Of a stretch of 64,000 nt of DNA, positions 20,467 through 29,210 are shown piece after piece. The translations under genes were made by a program, and so were the position numbers. Position 1 is the stretch's first letter; each line of letters begins with the position of its first letter. The stretch covers positions 2,272,001 through 2,336,000 of the forward strand of contig CBDFGR010000003.1 of assembly GCA_965247115.1 (NCBI GenBank), read 5' to 3'. The notes beneath the pieces are model-generated. The model had not been told where the DNA came from. It did no database searches and saw only the letters and a list, made by a program, of their open reading frames with translations. Source of the stretch: Myxococcota bacterium. GTDB taxonomy: Bacteria > Myxococcota_A > UBA9160 > SZUA-336.

Positions 20467-20547
20467 ACGGGAGACAGGCCGATCAGATCGGGCGCACCAT
20501 ACCACGGCGCCTCATGCTCTGGCAGCGCTGTGCCGACACCGCAACGG

Positions 20548-20635
20548 GCAAGCGCCGCGAACGCGGCGCGCGCAGCGAGGCGAAGCCGAGCGAAGGTGGG
20601 CAGCGCGCGGCCGCCCGCGCGCCGGGTCCCACAAG
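20548..20635 (-). repeat. Family-A repeat, copy 4
   Basis: GCAAGCGCCGCGAACGCGGCGCGCGCAGCGAGGCGAAGCCGAGC...GGGTCCCACAAG. Confidence 0.9.
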
Positions 20636-20654
20636 AAGAGACAGAGGTGAGGCG

Positions 20655-20895
20655 ATGGGCAAGCTATTCGGCATCCTCGCGAATCGTCGTCGGCATCTGG
20701 ATCGGTCTCGAGGTGTACACCAAGGGAATGGATGCGGCCTTTGGCGGTGTCTTCGCGGGGTTGATGGATCCCGTGTCTGACTACGAGCCCAGTCCCGACG
20801 GTCGCAGCCCGGTGCGGCGGATCGGCGACAAGGTGCAGGAAAGCATCAATCTCGGCGCCGAACGCACGCGTCGCGGCGTCGAGCGCAGCGACTGA
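20655..20895 (+). pseudogene. Small membrane-anchored protein (79 aa if corrected) with a +1 frameshift
   Basis: GAGGTG RBS and ATG 20655. MGKLFGILA joins IVVGIWIGLEVY... after removing one A at 20682, restoring one hydrophobic helix. Confidence 0.65.
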
Positions 20896-21360
20896 CTAGC
20901 TAGCGCTCTCGGTCTCTTCGGGCGCGGCGAGCTTCTCGAGCTCTCGCGTGACGGCCTCGGCGAGACTGTCCAGCTCCTCGTCCGTACCGGGTTGCTCGAT
21001 CAACTTGTCTGCGGAACGGCGCAGCATCAGGTTCAGACCCGCGTCCTCGCCTCCCCGGAAGTCCGTTCGGACCGCGACGATCGGCTTGGCTCGCGCGTAC
21101 GCGTACCCGCACTCCCAGGACGTCCCGGAGTCCGCATCCGGTCCGTCCAGCACCGCGACGAGGGTGTCGCAGCGATCGATCGCATCTCTGCACAGCTCGA
21201 AGGCACCGTGGAAGTCGGGTGGGTCGCGGAGCAGGGGACCCTGCGCGTCGTCCTGGGGCAGGAAGACCGCGTGCCCCGCCGTGGCCAGCAGCTCTGCGAG
21301 CTCGCGTAGCCAGCGTCGCTCGGACTGGGTGAAGAGCGGCCCCGCCAGGTAGAGATTCAC
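20896..21360 (-). CDS. Nucleoside 2-deoxyribosyltransferase-family protein
   Basis: YLAGPLF, DSGTSWECGYAYA, RTDFR, NLML. Confidence 0.85.
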   Translation of the reverse strand: MNLYLAGPLFTQSERRWLRELAELLATAGHAVFLPQDDAQGPLLRDPPDFHGAFELCRDAIDRCDTLVAVLDGPDADSGTSWECGYAYARAKPIVAVRTDFRGGEDAGLNLMLRRSADKLIEQPGTDEELDSLAEAVTRELEKLAAPEETESAS

Positions 21361-22112
21361 AAGATCCCCTTGTGCTGGCCGCCGTCGACCGACAGGCAGG
21401 CTCCGGTGATCCAGCTGGCTCGCTCTGAAGCGAGAAAGACAACGGCGTTTGCGATCTCCTCCGGGCGGCCGAGCCGCTGGAACGGGATTGACTCGCGCAC
21501 CTGCTCGTACAGCGAGGGGTTCTCCTTCGCGATCGCATCCCAGAGCCCACCGGGAAAGTCGATCGATCCCGGCGCGACCGTGTTCACACGGATGTTCTTC
21601 TCGGCGAGGGCGATGGCAAGGTTCTTCGAGTGGCTGATCAGGGCGGCCTTCATGGCGGAGTACGCCGGCGACCCGGCTGCCTCGATGGCCGCCGTCGAGG
21701 AGATGTGAATGATCGACCCTCCGCCCGCTTCCTCGAGCCATGGCACCACCTTCCAGGAAGCGCGCACGCTCCCCATCAGATCGATATCAAAGCTCGTCTT
21801 CCAGCTGGCCTCGTCGTCGGCATTCAGCAGGCCCGAGGCGTTGTTCACGAGCACGTCGACGTGTCCGAGCGCGTTCCTGGCCGCGTCCAGAAAACTCTCG
21901 AGAGAATCGGCCCGCGACACGTCCGCCAGCTCCGCGAAGACCTTCACCCCACGCTCGCGCAGCTCGCCCGCAGTGGCCTGCAGGTCGGGCTCCGCGCGCG
22001 CGCAGATCGCCACGTCGCTGCCCTCGTCCGCAAACCCGAGCGCGATCGAGCGCCCGATCCCGCGACTCGCGCCGGCCACGACGACCGCCTTTCCCGAAAG
22101 TCCCAGCTCCAC
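21357..22112 (-). CDS. Short-chain dehydrogenase/reductase
   Basis: GASRGIG, LVNNAS, YSAMK. Confidence 0.9.
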   Translation of the reverse strand: MELGLSGKAVVVAGASRGIGRSIALGFADEGSDVAICARAEPDLQATAGELRERGVKVFAELADVSRADSLESFLDAARNALGHVDVLVNNASGLLNADDEASWKTSFDIDLMGSVRASWKVVPWLEEAGGGSIIHISSTAAIEAAGSPAYSAMKAALISHSKNLAIALAEKNIRVNTVAPGSIDFPGGLWDAIAKENPSLYEQVRESIPFQRLGRPEEIANAVVFLASERASWITGACLSVDGGQHKGIL

Positions 22113-22121
22113 AAGAGCCTC

Positions 22122-22592
22122 CTACAGCCGTGCCTCGAGGTCGGGCCAGTCGATCAAGCTCTGGGCGGCAAACGCGCGCAGCAGGAGCTCCCGCAGCTCG
22201 CCCTCTTCACCACCGCGGAACTTCTCCAGCGCCTCTTCCAGTTTTGTACCCTCCGGGCACTCGGGGGTGTCGCCAGTGAGCTTTCCCTCCTCGTGCTCGA
22301 CGCCGAGCGCGTCGAGCAGCTCGCTCAGCAAGTCGTTCCGGTGCTCGAGGAAGTACTCTGCCAGGACCTCCTCTGCGGCGGGCGCCATCATCACGCGCGC
22401 CAGCGCTCTGCGCATCCACTCCGCCTGACGCGCCCGTGGCTGCTTCTTCAGGAACTGGGGTCGCAGCTTGAACGCCTGCGACGCTGCCGACAGCGCGATC
22501 CGCGCCACGTTGGGAGCGTCCTTGCGCAACTCCTCCAGGAAGCTTAGTGCCCGTTCGGGCGTCATCTCTCCGAAGATCTCGTTTGAGCGCAC
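22122..22592 (-). CDS. Hypothetical protein
   Basis: Coding-like codon usage from about 22592; the upstream ORF extension runs through a repeat. Confidence 0.65.
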   Translation of the reverse strand: MRSNEIFGEMTPERALSFLEELRKDAPNVARIALSAASQAFKLRPQFLKKQPRARQAEWMRRALARVMMAPAAEEVLAEYFLEHRNDLLSELLDALGVEHEEGKLTGDTPECPEGTKLEEALEKFRGGEEGELRELLLRAFAAQSLIDWPDLEARL

Positions 22593-22631
22593 GCCGAGAG
22601 GGTAGTCGATCACACGAAGAGCGGGTATCAC

Positions 22632-22754
22632 GCAAGCGCCGCGGAACGCGGCGCGCGCAGCGAAGGGCGAAGCCCTGAGCGAAGGTGGGTGGCCGTCAGC
22701 GGCCCGCGGGTCGCTGACCCGCGGGAGGACCGCTCGCGCGCCGGGTCCCACAAG
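22632..22754 (-). repeat. Family-A repeat, copy 5 (long variant), with a partial end at 22756-22782
   Basis: Same core plus an extra branched insert shared with 27168-27265. Confidence 0.9.
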
Positions 22755-22809
22755 GCAAGCGCCCGCGGCCGGGTCCCACTAGGCTCATCTTGGTAGCCTC
22801 CGGGTTGCA

Positions 22810-24570
22810 ATGGACTTCTGGCTGACGCTGGGAATTCTGGGACTGATGATCGTGGGGCTGCTCCAGGAGCGGCTCACCCCCGACACTCTGGTTTTTGGGG
22901 CGCTCGTCTTATTGATGCTCGTGGGGGTGGTGGAGCCCGAAGAGGCGCTCGGCGGCTTTGCGAGTACTACGGTCTTCACGGTGCTGGCGCTCTTCATCGT
23001 CGCCGGGGCGATGCAACAGACGGGCGCGCTCGAGGGTGTCTCGCGGCGGCTGTTCGGCGTCGCGGGCAGCTTACGAAGAGCGCTCTTGCGACTCTGCGGC
23101 ATCGCGACGCTGGCTTCCGCCTTTCTCAACAACACGCCGATCGTCGCCGTGCTGCTCCCCGCCACGCTTGGCTGGGCGAAGCGGATGCGGATCTCGCCGT
23201 CGAAGCTGCTGATCCCGCTCTCCTACGCCGCAGTCGCCGGCGGAGTCTGCACGCTGATCGGAACCTCGACGAATCTGGTTGTGCACGGGCTGATGCAGGG
23301 CCGGGGCATGTCAGGCCTCGGGATGTTCGAGCTCGCCTGGGTCGGGGTCCCCTGCGCGCTCGTCTCGATTGCAGTGGTGATCAGTCTGGCCCCGCGCGTA
23401 CTTCCTGACCGCATCGACGTGCTGGACCAGGTCGAAGAGGACCAGCGCCGCTATCTGGTCGAGCTGGAGCTCCGGGAGCCGTCGCCTCTGATCGGCCAGA
23501 CCATCGAGGCGGCCGGGCTGCGCCACCTGCCCGGGCTCTTCCTCGTGCGGATCGAGCGCTCGACTGGGACGATCTCTCCCGTCGCTCCCGAGGAGAAGCT
23601 GCTCCGGGGGGATCGGCTGAGCTTCGCGGGCGTGGTCGACACCATCGTCGACCTGCAGAAGTTTCGCGGTCTGGTGACCGCGGTCCACGAGCAGGCGCCG
23701 CGCGGCGCTGCGCGCTGGAGCCTGCACGAGGCGGTGGTTGCGGCTGGCTCGCCGCTGGTGGGTCAGAACATTCGCGCGGCAGGCTTCCGCGGTCGCTACA
23801 ACGCCGCGGTCGTTGCCGTCCACAGCCATGGCGAGCGCGTGGAGAGCAAGATCGGCGACATCGTCCTGCGTCCCGGCGACGTGCTGCTGATCGAGGCGCA
23901 GCCAGGCTTCGCGCGGAGCTTTCGCAACTCGAGAGACTTCTATCTGGTGAGTGAGGTCGAGGGGAGCACGCAGCCGCTGCATCAGCGCTCCGGCTGGGCG
24001 TCCATTATTCTCGCTGGCGTCGTTCTGCTGGCCGCGACCGGAGTCGTGCCGGTGGTGCTCGCCGCCCTCGGGGGTGCGGCCGCGGCCGTTGCTGTGCGCT
24101 GCATCGCTCCGGGCGACGCGCGTGGCGCGATCGATCTCTCCGTGCTGGCGGTGATCGGAGCCTCGTTGGGGCTGGCTCGCGCCCTCGACAAGAGTGGCGT
24201 GGCGGCGGCGATCGCCGATCTGCTGGTCGAGGCCGGACGCGGACTCGGGCCGTTCGGCGTCCTCGTCGCCGTCTATCTCGCGACGATGCTGCTCACCGAG
24301 ATCATCAGCAACAACGCGGCCGCCGCACTTGTTTTCCCGATCGCCTTCGCGGCTGCCTCTCAGCTCGGCGTGGACCCGCGCCCCTTCGCAATCGCGGTGG
24401 CCGTGGCCGCGTCGCTGTCGCTCGCGACCCCACTTGGCTACCAGACGAACCTCATGGTCTACGGTCCGGGTGGGTATCGGTTCAGCGACTTTCTGCGCAT
24501 TGGCGCCCCTCTGCAGCTGATTCTCGCCGGCGTCGCGCTCTTCGTGATCCCGCGGGTCTGGAGCTTCTAG
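22810..24570 (+). CDS. SLC13/CitMHS-type permease with two TrkA-C domains
   Basis: SAFLNNTP, GTSTNL, IISNNAAA, TPLGYQTNLMVYGPGGY. Confidence 0.9.
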   Translation: MDFWLTLGILGLMIVGLLQERLTPDTLVFGALVLLMLVGVVEPEEALGGFASTTVFTVLALFIVAGAMQQTGALEGVSRRLFGVAGSLRRALLRLCGIATLASAFLNNTPIVAVLLPATLGWAKRMRISPSKLLIPLSYAAVAGGVCTLIGTSTNLVVHGLMQGRGMSGLGMFELAWVGVPCALVSIAVVISLAPRVLPDRIDVLDQVEEDQRRYLVELELREPSPLIGQTIEAAGLRHLPGLFLVRIERSTGTISPVAPEEKLLRGDRLSFAGVVDTIVDLQKFRGLVTAVHEQAPRGAARWSLHEAVVAAGSPLVGQNIRAAGFRGRYNAAVVAVHSHGERVESKIGDIVLRPGDVLLIEAQPGFARSFRNSRDFYLVSEVEGSTQPLHQRSGWASIILAGVVLLAATGVVPVVLAALGGAAAAVAVRCIAPGDARGAIDLSVLAVIGASLGLARALDKSGVAAAIADLLVEAGRGLGPFGVLVAVYLATMLLTEIISNNAAAALVFPIAFAAASQLGVDPRPFAIAVAVAASLSLATPLGYQTNLMVYGPGGYRFSDFLRIGAPLQLILAGVALFVIPRVWSF

Positions 24571-24627
24571 CGCGTTCAGCTAGGACTGCGAAGCACTCGG
24601 ATCCGCTGCGAATCTGCGTTCCCCCTG

Positions 24628-24655
24628 TCAACCCGGCTGGCACGCCTGCCGATGG
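24628..24655 (+). promoter_or_regulatory. Sigma28-like promoter of the Hpt/diguanylate cyclase operon
   Basis: TCAA-N16-GCCGATGG. Confidence 0.65.
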
Positions 24656-24714
24656 ACTCTTGCAGCGGAACGCGGGCCCGAGGGGGCTCCTGCGCCCTGC
24701 CTCGAAAGGCGACG

Positions 24715-25026
24715 ATGGATCCGATCCGAAGCATCTATGAGGACGACCCGGACATGATCGATATCGTTCGGGAGTTCGCGGATGAGCTGCCAGGCCGGGC
24801 GGAATCCGTCGAGAGTCTGCTGCAGCAGGGGGACCTGGGCGAGCTCCAGCGGCTCGCGCACCAGCTCAAAGGAGCGGGAGGCGGCTACGGATTTGCCCCG
24901 GTCACCGAGGTCGCGGCCGCTCTCGAGCAAGCTCTGAAGGACGGTGTCGACGCAACTGCTCTCGAGGCGCGGGCCTCCGCGCTGTGCGATACGTTGCGTG
25001 CCGTAGAGGTCTCGAAGGAAGTTTGA
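24715..25026 (+). CDS. Hpt phosphotransfer protein
   Basis: LAHQLKGAGGGYG motif. Confidence 0.88.
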   Translation: MDPIRSIYEDDPDMIDIVREFADELPGRAESVESLLQQGDLGELQRLAHQLKGAGGGYGFAPVTEVAAALEQALKDGVDATALEARASALCDTLRAVEVSKEV

Positions 25027-25961
25027 ATCCCGAAGTCCCAAATCCGACGCGCGTCCTCGTCATCGATGACACGGTGTCGATCCACAAGCTCATCGTGGCT
25101 CGCCTGCGACCCGAGGGTCTGGAGGTGACGGCAGAGCTGGACGGCCAGGCGGGCCTCGAGCGCGCGATCGCCGATGCGCCCGATTTGATCCTGCTGGACA
25201 TCGGCCTTCCCAAGGTCGACGGCTTCGAGGTCTGCCGGCAGCTCAAGGAGCATCGCGCCACGCGAAACATCCCGATCATCTTCCTCACGGGCGAGGCGGA
25301 CAGGGAGTCGAAGGTGCGCGGCCTGGATCTCGGCGCCGTGGACTACGTGACGAAGCCCTTTGACGAGATCGAGCTGCGGGCCCGTGTGCGGGCAGCGCTG
25401 CGCACGAAGCGTCTGCAGGACATGCTGGAGCAGCAGTCCTTTCTCGACGGCCTCACCGGTCTTTGGAACCGCGCCTACCTCGATCGGCGCCTCGAGGCCG
25501 AGCTGAACGTCGCGGATCGGTACGGTCGGCCCCTGTCCGTTGTGATGGCCGACGTGGACAACTTCAAGCCGATCAACGACACGCATGGACACCTGTTCGG
25601 CGACATCGTGCTGCAAGGGATCGCCGAATCCCTGAGCGCGAGCGCGCGCCGCTCCGACATCGTCGCCCGCTACGGCGGCGAGGAGTTCGGGATCTTGCTC
25701 ACGGACACGAACCTGAAGGCGGCCGAGTACGTCTCCGAACGTCTGCGCGCGTCCATCGAGAGCCGGCTCTACGAGGCTCGCAGCGACGCCATTCGCGTCA
25801 CGGCAAGCTTCGGTGTCTCCTGCACCGAAGACATCGACTGCGAACTAACGCCAGCGAGTCTCATCCAAGCCGCCGACCGCGCCCTCTACGCCTCGAAGGA
25901 GGCCGGCCGGAACTGCATCCACCTGTTCCGCCATGGCGAGCTAGTCTACCTCCCCGACTAA
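25023..25961 (+). CDS. Response-regulator diguanylate cyclase (REC-GGDEF)
   Basis: VIDD, DLILLD, KPF; DGLTGLWNR, RRSD I-site, GGEEF. Confidence 0.93.
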   Translation: MNPEVPNPTRVLVIDDTVSIHKLIVARLRPEGLEVTAELDGQAGLERAIADAPDLILLDIGLPKVDGFEVCRQLKEHRATRNIPIIFLTGEADRESKVRGLDLGAVDYVTKPFDEIELRARVRAALRTKRLQDMLEQQSFLDGLTGLWNRAYLDRRLEAELNVADRYGRPLSVVMADVDNFKPINDTHGHLFGDIVLQGIAESLSASARRSDIVARYGGEEFGILLTDTNLKAAEYVSERLRASIESRLYEARSDAIRVTASFGVSCTEDIDCELTPASLIQAADRALYASKEAGRNCIHLFRHGELVYLPD

Positions 25962-25974
25962 CCCCGTCCTCGAC

Positions 25975-26217
25975 CCCCGCGCGTCGGGCCCTGCAGAACG
26001 CAAACCGCGCCCACGTGGCGCCGGGCCCCGCAAAATGCAAACCGCGCCTATGGCGCGGTGCGCAGCGAGGCGTAAGCCGAGCGAAGAGCGGGTGGCGCGC
26101 GGCCGCCCGCGCGTCGGGCCCCGCAAGGAATGCAAGCCGCGCCCACGGCGCGGCGCGCAGCGAGGCGAAGCCGAGCGAAGGGGGGTGGCGCGCGGCCGCC
26201 CGCGCGCCGGGTCCCCC
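25975..26217 (-). repeat. Tandem cluster of family-A repeats (two near-full copies and partial ends)
   Basis: GCGCAGCGAGGCG(T)AAGCCGAGCGAAG..GGTGGCGCGCGGCCGCCCGCGCG occurs twice (about 26037-26127 and 26132-26217). Confidence 0.85.
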
Positions 26218-26262
26218 ATGTAGGGGTGGCCGAAACCCCGCCGGCGTGCCAACCTTGCTGGC

Positions 26263-27045
26263 GTGGAGACGCCAGTCCATTTCTATGCTGAGAAGCAGCT
26301 GCGTGAGCCCGTCCTCGTGCTGTGCTACGCGGGTTGGAACGACGGCGGCGACGCCGCAACCACGGCGGGCCGATTTCTGCTCGAGGCGTTTGCGGCCAAG
26401 TCGTATGCGTACATCGACTCCGAAGAGTTCCTCGACTTCACGGTGGTGAGACCCCAGGTCCGGATGGCAGAGGAGAATGCCCGCAACATCCGCTGGCCGA
26501 ATCTCGAGTTCTTCTCGATCGAGGTGGAGAGCCAGCCCATCGACATGCTCGTGGGACTCGGCGTCGAGCCGCACCTGCGCTGGAGGGCGTACACACGAGC
26601 GGTGCTCGAGTTCGTCGAGCGCGCCGGGGTGCGCATGGTCGTCTTGCTCGGCGCCATGCTAGACGAGGTGATCTACTCGCAGCCGGTGCAGGTCGTCGGA
26701 TTCACGTCCGAGCCCGAGCTGCAGAAGCAGCTCGGCCTCTCGCGCTCGAGCTACGAGGGCCCGACGGGAATCGTCGGTGTGCTAGGCGAGGCGCTGAGGC
26801 GCGAGGGAACCCAGACGCTCAGCCTGTGGGCCCGCCTCCCGCACTATGTCTCGCAGACACCGTACACCCGCGCCTCGCTGGCGCTGCTCCAGAAGCTGGA
26901 GGCGATCACCCGCTTCCCCATCGACCTGTCCCCCCTGGAGGCGCAGGCCGCCGAGTTCGACCAGTCGGTCTCGGAGATGATCGCAAACGACCCCCAGCTC
27001 AGCGCCTACGTCCGCGAACTAAAACGCCGCGCATTCTCCCAGTAA
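26263..27045 (+). CDS. PAC2 (proteasome assembly chaperone)-family protein
   Basis: GWNDGGDAA, DFTVVRP, GVEPHLRW, YEGPTGIVG, PHYV. Confidence 0.85.
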   Translation: METPVHFYAEKQLREPVLVLCYAGWNDGGDAATTAGRFLLEAFAAKSYAYIDSEEFLDFTVVRPQVRMAEENARNIRWPNLEFFSIEVESQPIDMLVGLGVEPHLRWRAYTRAVLEFVERAGVRMVVLLGAMLDEVIYSQPVQVVGFTSEPELQKQLGLSRSSYEGPTGIVGVLGEALRREGTQTLSLWARLPHYVSQTPYTRASLALLQKLEAITRFPIDLSPLEAQAAEFDQSVSEMIANDPQLSAYVRELKRRAFSQ

Positions 27046-27134
27046 CTGTGGGACCCGGCCGCGGGCGGCCGCGGCCACCCACCTCCGCTCAGGCCAAGGG
27101 CCTTCGCTGCGCGCGCCGCGTTCGCGGCGCTTGC
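27046..27134 (+). repeat. Family-A repeat
   Basis: GTGGGACCCGGCCGCGGGCGGCCGCGGCCACCCACC...GCGGCGCTTGC. Confidence 0.9.
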
Positions 27135-27167
27135 AGGGTGCCTTGTCGTCGAGTGGCGGAGGCAGGA

Positions 27168-27265
27168 CGCGCAGTGAGGCGTAGCCGAACGAAGAGCGGG
27201 TGGCCGTCAGCGGCCCGCGGGGCGCTGACCCGCGGGAGGACCGCTCGCGCGCCGGGTCCCGCAAG
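27168..27265 (-). repeat. Family-A repeat, long variant (inverted partner of 27046-27134)
   Basis: Shares the insert GGCCGTCAGCGGCCCGCGGG..GCTGACCCGCGGGAGGACCGCTCGCG with copy 5. Confidence 0.85.
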
Positions 27266-27276
27266 GAGCAAGTAGG

Positions 27277-27386
27277 CGGAGGTCGGGAACAGTCCCCCGG
27301 CGGACTGTGGTAGCGGTACCCGAGGCGAGCATGTTCTCTGAGCACGCAGGGAGCGGAGTCCGCCGGGGGACTGTTCCCGACCTCCG
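27277..27386. repeat. Family-B element, copy 2: perfect 30-bp inverted arms around a 50-nt core
   Basis: 27277-27306 is the exact reverse complement of 27357-27386; core is 40/50 identical to copy 1. Confidence 0.9.
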
Positions 27387-27404
27387 ACGGCGGTGGTGCT
27401 TCTC

Positions 27405-27806
27405 TCAACCCTTTAGCAGTGGGATGTTATCGTCGTTGCCGTCTTCGTCGTCTTCTCCGGCGGCCCGGAGCTTTGCGATGGCCATGCCGAGGACGGCGCG
27501 GGTGCGGGGGTTGAGCTTCTTGAACTCGACGCCGAAGCCCGTCTCGGTATTCCGAATGACCTCCGCGGGGATCTCGACCGGTATGGAGTCTTCGAGGAAG
27601 GACAGGCGGAGCTTGATGCTCGAGCCGGGCATGACCAGCGGATCGACGTCTTCGAGCAGGGCGCCGCTCTTCGAGATGTTGCTGACCCTTCCGGTCCCCT
27701 CGAGTGGTCGACGTCCGTTCGCCGTCTCCATGGTCTTGCCTCGCACCACGTAGGCCACCCGGAAGCGGACTCGCGCACGGGCCTTCTGTCGTTCCGTCTG
27801 CGTCAT
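27405..27806 (-). CDS. PilZ-domain protein
   Basis: RQKAR and NISKSG motifs, GFGVEF. Confidence 0.88.
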   Translation of the reverse strand: MTQTERQKARARVRFRVAYVVRGKTMETANGRRPLEGTGRVSNISKSGALLEDVDPLVMPGSSIKLRLSFLEDSIPVEIPAEVIRNTETGFGVEFKKLNPRTRAVLGMAIAKLRAAGEDDEDGNDDNIPLLKG

Positions 27807-27818
27807 CGTCGAGGCTGG

Positions 27819-27846
27819 GGATCGGACTCCTGCCAGCGCGGCTTTA
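27819..27846 (-). promoter_or_regulatory. Sigma28-like promoter
   Basis: TAAA-N16-TCCGATCC upstream of ATG 27806. Confidence 0.65.
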
Positions 27847-27861
27847 GTGTCGCGCGCCGGG

Positions 27862-28245
27862 TCAAGTCTTCAGCAGGGTGATGTCCTCACCGTCCTCGAG
27901 CTGCGCTCCGTCGTCGACGTCCTCGTACGCCTGCCTAAGTTTCGAGATCGCCATGCCGAGAACGGAGCGGGTACGCGGACTCAGCTTTGTGAACTGGACG
28001 CCAAAACCCTCATCCGTCTCCCGTACGACCGTGGCAGGAACCTCGATCGGAACCGAGTCCTCGAAGAAGGAAAAGCTCAGCTTGATCTCGATCCCCGTCA
28101 TCAGCAGCCGATCGCAGTCTTCGATCAGCGCACCGGTCTTGGAGATATTCAGGACCGTTCCGGTTCCCTCGAACGAGGGTCCGTGATAGTCGACCTTGAA
28201 ACGGACACTCGCGCGGGGCTTTCGTCGCTCTGGTAGAAAGGGCAT
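27862..28245 (-). CDS. PilZ-domain protein (tandem paralogue)
   Basis: RRKPR and NISKTG motifs, GFGVQF. Confidence 0.88.
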   Translation of the reverse strand: MPFLPERRKPRASVRFKVDYHGPSFEGTGTVLNISKTGALIEDCDRLLMTGIEIKLSFSFFEDSVPIEVPATVVRETDEGFGVQFTKLSPRTRSVLGMAISKLRQAYEDVDDGAQLEDGEDITLLKT

Positions 28246-28263
28246 AAACGAACCCCTGTACGC

Positions 28264-28291
28264 GAATCGGCCCCGGTCGCTCGGTACTTTA
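28264..28291 (-). promoter_or_regulatory. Sigma28-like promoter
   Basis: TAAA-N16-GCCGATTC upstream of ATG 28245. Confidence 0.7.
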
Positions 28292-28295
28292 GATT

Positions 28296-29162
28296 TCAGC
28301 CGACACCGGAAGGGAACAGCTCCTCGTAGATGCGTCGCGTTGCCGGCGATCGGTTCAGCGTGTAGAAGTGGATTCCCGGTGCGCCCTCCTGCAGCAACTC
28401 CCGACACTGAGCAGTGGCCCACTCGATGCCGACCTCCCGCGTGGCGGCGCTGTCGTCGCCTGTGCGTGCCAGTTGTTCTTCCAGAGCCTGGGGAATGCGC
28501 GCGCCACACATGCTCGTCATGCGCCGGATATTCGGGAGGCTGATCACGGGCATGATCCCTGGCACGATCGGCAGCTGGATCCCCGCCCGACGGACCCGTC
28601 CGACGAAGTCAAAGTAATCGGCGTTGTCGAAGAAGAGCTGCGTGATAAGGAAGTCGGCGCCCGCAGTGGTCTTCTGGACGAGCATCTCGAGGTCGGACTC
28701 GGGACTCCGAGCGGCGGGATGCGTCTCGGGGTAGCACGCAGCGGGCATGCAGAAGCTCCAGCGCGGACGAATGAACTCGATGAGCTCATTCGCGTGGTGG
28801 AATGCGCCGGGAGGAGGGACGTAGTCCTCTGGCTGATCGCCACCCAGGGGCAGGACGTTCGCGATCCCGCCCTCCTGGAGCTGGTCGAGCGCCGCGGCGA
28901 TCTCGTCGCGGCTCGAGCCCACGCATGAGATGTGCGCCATCGCCGTCATCCCGATCTCGTTCTGGATCCGGATGACCAGCTCGACAGTCTTTCGGCGCGT
29001 AGTGCCCCCGGCGCCCCAGGTCACCGAGACGAACGAGGGATCGAGACGCTTCAGCTCCGTGATGGTCTGGAACAGCGACGAGAAACCGCCTTCGGTTCTC
29101 GGGGGAAAGAACTCGAACGAGATGACCGGCCGTCCTGTCCCGAATAGCTCAACGATGCGCAT
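28296..29162 (-). CDS. metF: 5,10-methylenetetrahydrofolate reductase
   Basis: SFEFFPP, SVTWGAGG, YPETHP, ITQLFFD, IHFYTLN. Confidence 0.95.
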   Translation of the reverse strand: MRIVELFGTGRPVISFEFFPPRTEGGFSSLFQTITELKRLDPSFVSVTWGAGGTTRRKTVELVIRIQNEIGMTAMAHISCVGSSRDEIAAALDQLQEGGIANVLPLGGDQPEDYVPPPGAFHHANELIEFIRPRWSFCMPAACYPETHPAARSPESDLEMLVQKTTAGADFLITQLFFDNADYFDFVGRVRRAGIQLPIVPGIMPVISLPNIRRMTSMCGARIPQALEEQLARTGDDSAATREVGIEWATAQCRELLQEGAPGIHFYTLNRSPATRRIYEELFPSGVG

Positions 29163-29174
29163 CTGTCCTCGCGC

Positions 29175-29202
29175 TCAAGCCTGCTCTGAAGGGCTCCGAT
29201 TC
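29175..29202 (+). promoter_or_regulatory. Sigma28-like promoter
   Basis: TCAA-N16-TCCGATTC upstream of GTG 29211. Confidence 0.65.
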
Positions 29203-29210
29203 TATCGTGC

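Noticed and set aside
22593..22751. N-terminal extensions of ORFs 22122-22751 and 44096-46543, and small ORFs sharing HPPSLR/THLRSG peptides
   Set aside because: These are translations of family-A repeats, not protein domains.
25975..26217. CRISPR array
   Set aside because: The units are long, degenerate family-A repeats without unique regular spacers, and there are no cas genes.
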